Source: Phoronis australis (lineage: Eukaryota; Animalia; Phoronida). From it: 64,000 bases of DNA. The stretch spans positions 596,713 through 660,712 of the forward strand of contig NMRA01000036.1 in assembly GCA_002633005.1 (NCBI GenBank). Direction: 5' to 3'. The translations under genes and the position numbers were made by a program. Positions 23,869 through 36,700 of the stretch are shown in pieces. The first letter of the stretch is position 1; the number at the start of each line of letters is the position of its first letter. The notes below the pieces were generated by a model that saw only the letters and a list, made by a program, of their open reading frames with translations, searched no databases and was not told the DNA's origin.

Positions 23869-26800
23869 TTAATGCATAGCAATGTTGCTTCATAATTATT
23901 CTGATGTTGCATGTTTTTGATCCAAGTTTTTTCACCCACTTAGCCCTGTCAAATAGGCGGTTTAGTTATTCAATCGTTGTTGAATAAGTCTCACCTCCGG
24001 CTTCGCGTTAAAATGGCGGAGTGTTATTTAGTTCCAAAAAATGACAAGTGCAGATTTTTAAGAATTGTTCGCCTGCGAATTTCGTTAAGTACTGATGGCT
24101 TCTCTGTAACATGTTTGAGCATCCTAAGTAACTCGTATGTTGTGATTCCGTGAACATGAATATTGATAAACTGTCGATTATTTTTACAATGAGAGTTCAT
24201 TTTTATTTGATTTTACAAAATTCAAATAACTTATTGAAAAAACAAAAGCAAAGAAAACAGTCATGCAGCTCGATTGACGAGTTCGCCTGTGAGCGATGAA
24301 GTGGCACTGCGGCCATAGAATAATGTGTAGAAACTGAGTTGGTCCGTCCTCGACCAAATAAACATGTCCGTGGGATGACTATGCGTTTGCAAGAAGGGAA
24401 CAGCTTGCGCACGAGAATTTTGTACGCGAGCAGGCGCGAGATGCGCGCGCATGGAAATCTTTTGTGCTTTGTGGACGGTGCTCTTGATATAGTGACATCG
24501 GCAAATACACAAATACGTTTTCCAATCTTTCCTGACGAACCATTCATTGTCAATTTATTTCCTGATGATAAATGATGAGATACCTTTTCGCAAACTTGTT
24601 TAATTTCAGTTTAAATTTGATTTTATGCCTTCGTAAAAGGTACAACGTGCCCTTGACTTCATGGTTACTCACTGCTGATCCTGTTACACAGATGTAAATA
24701 TAGATTAAACAATCCTTGTTACGTACTGCAGAATGTATAAACGATTGCATGCCAGTGTCTCTACATTTCAGCTTCAATCCACCAAGCGTCAATCCTGCAC
24801 CAGCAGACACCAAACCCATGGTCCGGTGCGTTAGTGTGTTTTCAGGGTATAGAGTATTTTCGAAGCGTTTGTTGAGTTTAGGGGGGGGGTAACATTTCTA
24901 CGCGGGGTTTGTCCGGAAGTGGGGTTTAGGGAACAAAAGCTAGGAGTTAAGAAGTGCGACCCTAGAATAGCTTCCAACCTAGTACTATAGTATCTATACT
25001 AGCTTGAAAAGGAAAGATGGAAGACAATCTGACTTGTGTCAGTTCACAATTATGTTGCTAATGGTGACCGACAAATACTGTACATTATTTAATTTGCATT
25101 TATCTAACGTGGAAAGCGATCACATAACAGCGTTAAGATAACCGACTCTTCTTTCAAGCCTCTTTTTCCAACATAAAAGACATAGAAATTATATCAGTCA
25201 CTCGTTTTTTCATCGACAATACTTAATTTTACGTGTGAATTAGCCTAGAGATTGTCGTGATAATAAACTATTGGTTTGAAGCATCGAGCCATGTTTAATG
25301 AAGATTAATCCGATAGAGACCAGTCATACAGACATATGACTGAGCAACGATCGCTTTTCATTAGGCCTTCAAACCAAATTGTATTAGAAATCAAAGGAGT
25401 TGCAAGGCTACGATGTGGCACATTTAGTTATCAAGATTAATCAAGCGTCGAAAGAAACTAATTAGAACTTCATGGAATATGTTTGCCGTGTGTCACTTTT
25501 TATGCAAATATGTTTTTGTTGCTCCCAAACATCAAACAAAATCGTTGCAGCTTTAATGCGCATAAGAATCACTTGATTTGGAAATTCAAAAGATTCAAGG
25601 TTGAAGTAACACACAAGGTGCCCATGTGCCTTCACCCAGGCATAGAGGCGTACAAGCAGGCCCAACAGATGTTCGACAAATGCGGGACTCTGGTAAGAGA
25701 CCATTACCCATAGTTCTGCACGCGATTGTGCGGTTTGTTGAAATGGATAGCGCGAGACTGCCTTCCTAATAAATTATGTTTTCTCTCACCTAAACCGGAA
25801 CCTCCCACACCAACCACAGCAAGGACAGAAGGCGAGATCCTCGGATCTCGCGAAGCTGTCTGAGGGCTTCGCCCTCATCTACTCTACTCTCTAAACCCGA
25901 ACCTCACTCCTTTGAGATACACTGTAGGTGGGTAGGTACGTACCAAAGTAGGTAGGTAGGCAGGCAAAGTATTTTATTTTTGAGTTTTCAAAATTAAGTT
26001 TATAACTACTTTGTCAGATATTGTCAGTCGAGCGCACAATTTAGGGTTGGTCGCACGAGAAAAACAAACTTACTCGAAGTTAGATCTAATATTAATACTT
26101 GCAAGGTTTGGCGAGAGACGAAACGTATTTCTGACAAACCGATTATTCATACAAATGATTTATTTCCAGCCTTGTTACATTAGATTCGAGCTAAAAACTC
26201 GAAATTTTAACGCGAACTGTCACTCTCTGTGAGGGGTAATTAAGTGCAAACTAGGATTTAACAGTTATCCACGTAAGATATTGTGCACTCGAACATAGAA
26301 TCGTGAGTTTGCGCATAAGCAGAATAAAACATGCCAAATAAAATTTCGAAAAACCCGCAAAGCTTGGTTTAGCCAATCAAATTGCGATGCACCGTTTAGA
26401 AATGATCGCCTATTATGGCAGCGCAAAATACCGCGAAACTTGTCGCCACTTTTATGACTTGTGGGTAACACTTGTGCTTCTTTCTAATGTGTATAAAAAA
26501 CTTGTTTGATACCGCTTAGCTTAATTTTCCTTCTCTTTATGCTCCGAGCAGGGCGTTCTTGTCCCTCGCGCCATAGCAGCAATCATATAACGATGTCGCC
26601 GGTACAGACTCCCAAGCTATGCTACTGCATCCATCCGGCGTGCTTTGCTTTTGCTTTTATTTTGAAAACGGTAAACGCGTGTTTTCAAATGTTTAAACAA
26701 ACTTAAATTGACTTTTAGTCGCGCTTACCGTTGTGTCCGAAGTGATTGTATATGCTGTATTCTACAAGTGGCTTCTTCAATTATGCTGTTGGAAACGACG

Positions 26801-27992
26801 CATGTCAAGATCTTGTTCAGTCACCGATCTTCATTCTGTTTATCGGAATAAACGCCCTGGTGTTTTTTCGGAAAAGGGGGACGTGTAAACGGAAAGTCAT
26901 AGTTTTGCTGACTTTGGTATTTTTACTTAAAACAGTGCTTTTAAATTTTATGTTCATGAATGCACATTTCGCCAACACTTTGTTCGTTTCATAAATGATA
27001 AATGCTCCACAAAATGAATTTGTGACAAAAAGTTGACGCTGTAAGGAGTTTTTAAGAGCAAATTTTTCGAATAAATACCCCCACTATCTGGCCTCTTGAC
27101 ACCATAAGTTGTAACACCAAATAAACGGCATAATTTTCCGAATAAACGTCCATCAGGAGGGTTTATCTACGGAAAATCCCAGTAAAAAGAATACGGCTTT
27201 TGTCACATCGTGTTTTGATAAAAAATCCGGTTCTAGTTGCAGAAAGGTGTGATGGACTCTCCTGAAATGCAAATGACCCTTTTCCGCCTATGGCATTACA
27301 TAGCTTGACTCATTACGTAAGAGAGTAACGCCAACGTTACGACGGACTAGCAATGCTATAACTCAATAGCCGAGAAACTTTGACAGAGGGCCATACTTCC
27401 GCTTACGATGGCAGAGCTGAAAAACCTTTGCAAGAGAGCACTTTGGGGAAATTCAAGATTCTATTTAAGCTAATAACAAGTATTTTTCCATACAAAATTC
27501 GGAGTACGAGATGGTAAAGTAATTGGTTTTTTCACAATGACAGTCCTAAATTGTAATATTTCTACCATATTCCGAGTGATAATCTATAACAAATACGAGC
27601 AGTATGTACAATGTACTGAGACCTCCACGCGCGAAACGGGTTAGAGGTGAGTTTCCTTTTTGAAAAAGTAAGGAACTAAAAAAATACCGTACTACTGGTT
27701 TTATTTAAAAAATGAAGTCCAAAACCAGTTGTACTTTTTGTATGTAAACCCACGTTCTGTCAAAAAAACTAGTTTAAGCTTTTTTCTTACCCAGATGTCG
27801 ATAGTTTCTGGGTTTGGAAAAAATTGCATGCAAATCGCGGCGCACTAAGTCAGAAATCTCACGAAATAAGGCAGCGTCGTCAGTTCTTACAAGCTGAGCA
27901 GCTTGTTCTGTAACGGAAAGTGGTCTAAATCAAAGGAAGTGTTTTTGACGGAAGATGAATTTCTAACAGTGCCGTGAAAATTGATTTAAAAT

Positions 27993-28070
27993 TAGCCTCA
28001 ACGCGAAATCGAACTCGCAGCCTCAACAGTCGCAGGACAACACTGTGCTGGTAGAGCTGAACCTCACTCG
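27993..28070 (-). mobile_element. Possible tRNA-derived SINE head
   Basis: Minus-strand GCGAGTTCGATTTCGC resembles a T-arm/B box; no intact cloverleaf. Confidence 0.3.
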
Positions 28071-30544
28071 ATAGATGGCAGAGTAATTTAGCATATTTAA
28101 CTGGTTAAGTCACGGGCTTCGATTTCAGGAAATGGGTGGCAGAATGACAACGGCGAGAATAAGTGATTTGCAAAAAACGCACAAAAAACAATGGATCTTG
28201 TGCTGGTCAAAGCTGATAACAATATCCCAAAAATGCGTAAACCTATTATTCTCTTTAATTTAACAAGTATTATTTTTAAGGAATAAGTTATGAGAACGCC
28301 CGTGAGCTTAGGGAGGTTTAGGGGCCAGGAAGCCCGCCCTTTCTAAATGTAATCTAAAAGTACTGAAAATACAGTCTGCATTACGTTTTTTACGGCTTAC
28401 GCGAATATTTTTCCTTCGAAGTGGTTCGGGCCCTCACCCTTGCGACATCCAAGATCGCAGAGTGTCCGATCGGTGAGAGTGAACGATTATTTTGCCTACA
28501 TGCCGAAAGTAAATTCGAATGTGCAGTTGATGCCCTTAAAAGGTCAAAAGTGGTAAATCACATTTGAATATCATGGGATATTTTTGTTACTTCGATAAAA
28601 TAGCATGTTTTCTGTTAGTCTTTCAATTATCATTTTTGTATTTTTGTTTTCTGTTCTACTTCAATAAAATAGTTTTCCATAGTTTTCATACATCAATAAA
28701 ATGATTCGTTTGTTTGTTTAGAAAGAATTCAGACCAAAGGCGAATGGTGTCGGCGGCATAGCGTCAGGGTGGTCCGGAATCGTAACGCATGAGTGGCTTA
28801 AACAATTAAATGAAAATGCGTGCCGTGAAAATAAGGCAGGAATTTTGATTTATAAAAAAAATATGTTTATCTCAACGCATTCATACGAAAAGTGGTTCTG
28901 GGCTTAGAAATACTAAAAGTTTATTACTACCTGGGGCCATGCTCGGAGCACGACACGTCGACACAAGAGACGACCATTATTTCTTCTGTCAAGCATTATT
29001 ATTATTAACATTATCACTGTCTCCGTCACCGTCATCGTCACGATCATTATTTTCATTTTCATCAAGACCATCATCGTCATCATGATCATATCCCGGTGGT
29101 TGTCATTATCGTCGTCATTGTTTTTATTTCATGCTATCAGGAGAGTGTTGGACATGTTGAGGTAAAACAACGCTGGCAGTATCAATGTCAGTTCCGGTTG
29201 GTTTGCGCTAGTAATGAAAATAATCGCAAAGTCGTTATATGGCTCACAGAACTGCACATGTACCATAATCGAATAAGATATGGAATTAAAATGTTTCAGT
29301 CAAAGTAAAAACAATCCTATTATCCTCATATCGACGTTTCATTAGGCTTCTCCAAATGAAATTATCGAGCGCAAAATTAGTACGGCCATATGCGTCCACC
29401 ACAACAGGGAAAACAGTTCGCGTAGTAACATATGGGTAATACGCAGATTGGCTAGATACCGCAGACGCCTGTCTTTACACACGAGACACAATGGGCTACG
29501 ATACGCTATGATGATAGAGTGCAGTGAAAATACCCTGCACTTTTTAGCTTGCGGAATAAAACCGTAATAACTTCCACCGAACATTGTGGGGCGCAACATG
29601 GAACAGCATGACGTATCTGATATCAGCCAGCACCGGGAATCAGTGTGGCAAATCAACAACGATGTGATGGACAACTGACATGCGTAATGAACATCTATGA
29701 CTTTCAGTGACATGTATCACGAGCTTCGACATTCGCCCATCGAGAAAACCTCGGGTTATTCCGTAGCCTCAAATTCCCTTTCGGGGGTTCATGTCAAGAG
29801 CTGTACTATGAAACTTGGCTCACCTCAAAATCCAAATGCTGCCTGGTAGTTTGGCAATTGGTCCAATTATGTTGCACAACCAGCAGAATTAATGAGAAAC
29901 ATTTTGCAATATTAAACAAAGTTTTAGGTTGTAAAAGTCAAAGTTCTTGTCCAATTTTCAAAATTCAAAAATCTAATCACATGTGATTTTCACGAACTAT
30001 TCAAATATGCTATCTATAAACTTTCAAAACGAAAATTCAAAAATACAATTGTTGCCACCAATGTGTCTGTGATGGGTCTCATTATGTAGAGAACGATAAT
30101 AGCAGTAGCATGAGGCGGTTTAATTATCCACAACCTGAGTATAGTTTCTTTTACCAGAACCGGCAGATTATGTGGTGCGCAAACCGATCTAGCTGCCCAA
30201 TTTCAGTTCAATTGGTTAGTGTGTCAACGTCGAATTCTTTTCGTATTTTCAAATATTATGCGCATGTGCAAACTTCAAAGCAAAGGATTTGATCAAGTGA
30301 TGGTTAAAAATCAACGTTACGAAAATACCCCGGGTGTTTTGAAAGCATTTCGCCTTGAAGGGGTGAACAAAATTTTGCAAAAAATGAATACGAACTGTGA
30401 AATACTCAAACTTCTTGAACAGTGTAGAAGTTGACGAACAGCTAATTCTGACAGATAGAGAAAACGTTTAATAGCTGTTGCGCCACCGCAAGGAGCAAAA
30501 ATGAAACCCATCAGGCTCACAGAGCTGTTTTAACTCCCGTTTCT

Positions 30545-30695
30545 ATGCCGTGAGCGGTTTAGGGTTTTTCAACGCCCCTTGGACGAGACGCTAGTCGATG
30601 ATTGCAGGTCTCCCATCCGTGACTCGTTGTAGGTCTACCCACTTCTACATCAATGTTAATTAGGTAGGGCAATACTTAAGTCCCTTGCTCAAAAG
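30545..30695 (-). mobile_element. Old SINE central-domain remnant
   Basis: CCCCTTGGACGAGACGCTAGTC..TTGCAGGT...TACCCACTTCTACA...TTAAGTCCCTTGCTCAA resembles the reverse complement of conserved metazoan SINE domains; subtype not determinable by eye. Confidence 0.45.
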
Positions 30696-33692
30696 ACTTA
30701 GCTAGAATATATCGAAGTTAATTATCCAATTCCGACGGGCTTCCTGAATAACATTCGGAATCCGGCCATAATTTTATGTCAGGAGCGTTTATGTCACGTT
30801 TATGTCACGTTTAGGTCAAACCTAAATTTAAGAATGTGTTAAATAAATGCATAACATCCCAGCAATGGCAAATACAGGCTGGACAAAACGAGGACTAGTT
30901 TAGATCTAATTATCAACCTGTTAAGTGCGTTTTAATTACTGTTTAAGCACCTGCCTGTAAATGAAGCCCAGCAGGAACACAGTCGGGTGTCATAGCGCCA
31001 TATGTCGCAGTTATCACTTCACACATGCGCTTATCCACAAGACGCAACACTAGAATATATTGCAAGTTTTAACTGATGGTTCTACGAAGTACATTAACGA
31101 GGAGAAGCGGTGTAAAAGAACCCCTGAACTCAGAATCCACGGTGTGTGTGCATTTAAATGGTACATCCGGGTGTTTACTGATTGATGGAATCGTATGTTG
31201 TAATACGTGCCAGCGGGGAAGATGATGGTCCCCAAAGACGTGATACTTTCCTACTACTCCGTATTTGGTTACTTCCCCTGGTTATTCTGTGAGGGCACTG
31301 GCGGCCTGACAGCATTTCGCGAATATGCGACTATTACTTTTCAGTTCACACATTCAAGCAAACTTGCAACAAAATTAGGCATAACACAAAATTTTGAAAA
31401 CATAGTTAATTAGTCGTTAGTGACATGTATTTCATGAGTAAGCCCATGGATGTCTTCACATAAGAATATATCACGAACGTGAAATTGCTGAACCCGAACT
31501 TCGTTGTATGGCAATTGTCCTCAACCTGTGGTCCTTTATGTCACCAGCTCGAAATTCCTGAAAGTACATGTAGGGAGTTTAGATAACAACAAAAACCAGG
31601 CTTATTCCAATTTTGGTCCGTACAGTATTTCCCTCATAAATTGATTGGTAAATTATATGTTTAAGCTTAAATTGGACCAGGCCTTTTTATCTTAATCCCA
31701 CGGAAATTAGATTTACAAAAGCATATTGAATTAGTCTCCGAGCGCAACGCCGTGATGGTTATATTAAGTTTGTAACTTGTGTAAATTTCCATACCACAGT
31801 GTCGACTGACCACGCAAACCATCAATTACTGCCAATTTGCCATAAGTGCTTTACAGAATTCTTGATGGGAGTTTGGCTCGACCCTTTTGTCGTTAATTGA
31901 TTAGTAACATACTTGAGTTAATTCAATGACAGTAGAGAATACCAAGTAGGCTGTCGTTTGATCGTTTCTCCTCAGCCATTTTCAAAGCATAACTCCAATT
32001 AAAGATCACGTATATTTAACAAGAACTTAATGGCAAACCAGAACTAACGCAAATATTATCAAAACACGAAGAAAGTAAATTTAAGCTTGACGGCTTTAAA
32101 GTTTTCATCAGCAATTCGATCTTGATTGTTGACTAAGATAACCATATGCCTTTAACATGGATTTTTATCGACATTGAAAGGGAAGTTCATGACGACTACT
32201 TTGCCGTAAAAGTCAATTAAATTTAAGGTAGAACATTATCACCACACAAGGAGTCCGGTTTTCAAGTCACTAATATGAAAAAGTCACTTCATTTTTTTTG
32301 GCAGCGAGACATGTTTTAGAAGGTCTTTCTTGTGATCAATAATGGTTCGACGTAACGAACATGAAGTTCTCACCTAGAACCTTCACGCCGATTGTTGGAT
32401 TATTTAGCAATTAGTTCATGTCGTAAAACTTGGCCTGATTTTACTGTTCTTCAATAGGATTTAATGTTTATAGTCAAGTTTCATGCCAAAACAGCAAATG
32501 AACTTAAACCAAACAACTATTTTCCCAGTATAGCTTGTGCTGTAAACTACGAAAACAGACGAGAGTAGTCATCTGCAGCAGCGCCACGCACGTGACCATG
32601 TTCAACCAATAGGGCACAAGATTAGTGTTGATAAACCAGCGGATTAGCAAGTCGAAACACAAGTGTAAAATGCGTGTTGACGGCGCACAGGTTGAGATGT
32701 GTCGACTGGTTTAACAGAAAACAGGATAAAGACAAGTTTGGGAGAGCTTCAGTCTGGTCAAGACCAGCCTCAAAAGTAAGTAGTGAATCAGTTTGTTGCT
32801 ACGCAGACAATTGTCTAGAAATCACGGTTTTAATGAAGTTAAATTTGATGCATTAGTTGTAAGGCATTAGTGGTATGAGTACTATACAACCATATGGCTA
32901 TACGGCTACGCTCGATATATTTGGAATTAAGTTGACAGTTTGGTGGCTAGTTTGTCCATCCGCCGTCTGCCTGTTTGTAGATATCTTTTATCTTCTTGTG
33001 TCACACAAAATAGAATTAATTTTACAAAACTTGCAAAGCGTTCCGCACATTCTTTGCGCATAGCTCTGTCCTTTTTATTGTTCATCTAAAATGTGGTCAT
33101 CTTCGAGAGCTTCGTCATTATAGCTTCTGGAGACAGGGTGAAGGGACCTTCGAAGCCCAAACTTTCGTTATTTTTGACTGCGTCATTTCTTATCCTTTAA
33201 AATACTGTCCACGATTTCAGTATCCGGGGGTGAGCTTGATCATGTTGTGTATTATTGATGAGACAAACCGAGTCCGTGGTGCGCTAATTTTTAGTTATTC
33301 ACTTTTTCAAGAAAGAAAATCGACTCAAGACGTTTTTTCTTACTCATTGCTTGCTTGACATTCCAAACTTTGCTTACGCGCCTTCGTGTAGTTTTCTAAC
33401 AAAAAATACGAGATCTCTGAAATTGGTGCGGACGGGCGTTTTTAGTCAGTAATCGCAAGTCTCAAAATTAGTCGGGGTAAAGACAAGAACCGACTCTGCT
33501 TTTTGGCCTTACATCAATAAAATTTTAAACTGAAAAAACTCGCAAACCCCATTGACATCGCTTTTTAAACAATAGCAGTAATCATTGTTGTGTCAACGCA
33601 TCGACAAAGAGACCAACAGACAGACAGGCAAACAACCAAAAAACGGACATGTGCACGGCCTGAAAGATAGTTCGACGGACACACAGACAATG

Positions 33693-33693
<1 letters not shown>

Positions 33694-33754
<61 letters not shown>
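33694..33754. repeat. Compound (AT)n(GT)n(AT)n microsatellite
   Basis: Directly visible. Confidence 0.95.
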
Positions 33755-36700
33755 CCATACCTTTAAAGGCTATTTATTTTTAAACGGTTTCGATAGTGAC
33801 GCAAGTATTTTTACTTCTTTGGCATCGAAACATCTGATATTTTTAATTGCGCCTATATTTAAGATGTTGCATGTTCTAAAATCGTTTTTATTAAGTGCTT
33901 TGAAGTTTAGGCGGATGCGCAGGTAAGTGTCCCTTGGACAGGGGCATTAGATGCATGTATAGGCACACATCTTGCCCTCGACATGGGCGCATATCTAGCG
34001 TGATCATTCGAGTTTTTTTTAATCTAAATCCTTTTTTATTGGAATCCATTAAGCTTAACGGTCAAGATGATGAGTTGGCTGGTCACAGTGTATCTCGTCG
34101 GAGAACATTCCAGTTTCGAAACTGGTTGAAAAGCACGACCCGTGGAAACAGATTGCAACGCAGTGTTGTGAAGAAGAGCCGACTGGTTGGAAGATGGAGT
34201 TGATGTCGTATACCAACAGGTGGTGATGAGTTTCATGCAGCACCTTTATACCCATACGTCAATATTTAGCACACGTACTTATACACCAATAGGCAAACAT
34301 ACGCCCGGGTGTAAATGCAACCTTACATGACGTTGGAATGGCCGCCGTCAGCATTTTTAAAATTTCGAAGCAAAAAGCGACAAAAGCAACGTTTTCCGGT
34401 ACAGAGAAGAATCTTCCACTTTAATTACTTTGAAACTTGGTTGCTCCGGGGCTCGCGTATCCTTCACAGGTTATGGGTTAAGAAATATCAATGAACTTGT
34501 GGCAGAACAGTTAATGAGAATTTTAAGGACGAGGAACAGTCCATTTGAAAGTTGTCAGCTAGAAAATGCCCTTCTGGAAACAGACTTACTCGTTTTGTCA
34601 AAAATTGCTAGAATATATTGCAAGCAAAAAAAGACAATCTACCAATAAGAAAGCTGTTGAACCCAGGTCATAAGATGGAAATAACTTGATAATCGCACCG
34701 TAGTGGTAACTTTTGGAGGGGAGAGCCCAAATTGTCCCACTATACATGCATAGGTGAAATAAGTTGTGCAAGCCGATAGAGGAATATTCGGATTGTCGAC
34801 TTCCACTTGAACACCACTGAGAATTGGTGGACATGAAGTCACCACTACATAATTGTTCATTAACTTAAAGAGGCATGGAACGTAAAAGCTCGTCAAAATA
34901 AATAATTCCTAATAATAATATCAGCTCGCAACGTCTACTAGAGTTGTTCAATTTCCTCTGAGAGGGAGTTTCCAGAAACAATCACAAAATTCACCACTTT
35001 TAAAATATGCGTCAAGAAAAAACTCTGAACTCACTACAGAGTTTCTAATCTCTCTCCCTCTTATGATAAATGCGCGCATGCGCTCATAGTCAGTCGCAAA
35101 CAGATGGCTGGCAAGATCATCATGCGTGATCGCACTCCGAATCTGAGGTCAACAGCACTGTACATGGCGAGCCGGTGAAACAAGCGATTTCAAAAAAAGA
35201 ATTCCACTTGTATTTTGAAACATATTTGAATACTATGATATCTTTATTATTAATTTTTCACAGTTAGGACTTACAACAACTGCTTCTTAATTGGACTGAC
35301 TGCTGCTGTTGTTTTTTATACGTCAAAGGTCCCATATAAGGGAAATGTGCTACATCCATGTCATGCCATACCTAATAAGGAGAAGTGTTTTGCCTTGTGG
35401 GAGAAAAATCGACGAATTGGCGAGCATTTGACAGATCTCTTTTATGGAATTTAAAACTAAAGCAAAAATGCTTTGAAATCAATGGAAATTCAGGTTGAAT
35501 TCTGTCTCAGTGGCAGAGAACCACTTTGAATAACGCAATTTAGTATGTTTTTCACGCCTCATGCCTCTTTGAAACAGAAGAATAAATACTATTGTCAACT
35601 CTCCCGTTGTTTGGTTAGGTAATGTTTACTGATTTATTTCATTAGCCTATTGAAAACGGCGGGGATCGAAATTCTTTCGCTTTATCAGTCGCAACCACCG
35701 ACTATACAGCGGATTCTTCTTCGCAGTCAGAAATGTATGGGGCACAATGTCCTTCAACCATGGATATTTCAATAGGTTGGTCTTTTTCTGTAAGCCATTG
35801 GTATATCCCACGGCACATCAATGACAATTTTAAAAGGTTGTCTGTACCACTGGAGTGAAACCTCCCGTCCGCGTTACATGGGATCTGTGTGTGGCGCTAA
35901 ACGCCTGTCCATCAATGTAAAATTCAATATGATGCGGCAATCGAAAGTCAGTTATGGTGCCACTGAATAGTTAGGATGCGGCCGCGGCCAATTTGTACTG
36001 CCAAAATATCAAAATTTTGGGGTAGTCCAAGTTTGGGGCATTTTGTAGGTGGGCATTGCACGTAGGTTCAGTGAATGTGGTTTGTTTGTATTTGTGAACA
36101 TGCTGAGAATAAAAAGGCCACTTTCTCGGCTGTAGCTGCACTCTTCTTCAAGATGGCTGCCCCGGTTGCAATTGTGCATTGCTGGGTAGCGACTGAGAAA
36201 TTGGCTGCGATTTTAGGTAGCCCTCAAACAAGCCAGAATTGCCAAAAAACTAGTTGGTTGACAATACTTTTGGGCCACACTTTCGGAATCTGTAGGAAAT
36301 TTGCTTTCAGAATCTATTGTTGGTTTTAGTCGTGCATCGGCAGGGAAGTGATGTTTTTGGGGTGAAAAGTGCCAATTATGCACTTTTTTGCCCCTATTTT
36401 TCTTAGTCTAGCTTGGTTTTCAGTGGGATTGAAAGGGTCAAAAATACAAGAGAGAATAAAGTTTCTGCGCTCACCTGCAGGGCTTTTTATGTGAAATAAC
36501 TGAAAACATGTCATTCTTTGCATCCTGTTTTTGACAGAGTGAAGAAAATGTGACAAATCAAGTGATGTGGGTTTTGCTGGGCAAAACCAAGTGAGAACTG
36601 TTCTGTGCCTCCTATTGGTAGCATGTAACGTAAGACTTCCGCAAGGTTATTAATGATAATAAACGTAAGACTTCCTAATTGAATCGATAGAAGTTACATA

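Noticed and set aside
24300-24510. RLLAYKILVRKLFPSCKRIVIPRTC as a transposon-associated P2X7-tail-like domain
   Set aside because: The resemblance is only a few residues; unsupported without an HMM search.
27993-28070. Functional tRNA gene
   Set aside because: Only a B-box/T-arm-like motif; acceptor and D stems cannot be formed.
34250-34650. Possible transposase remnant (NINELVAEQL)
   Set aside because: Too few diagnostic residues to name a family.
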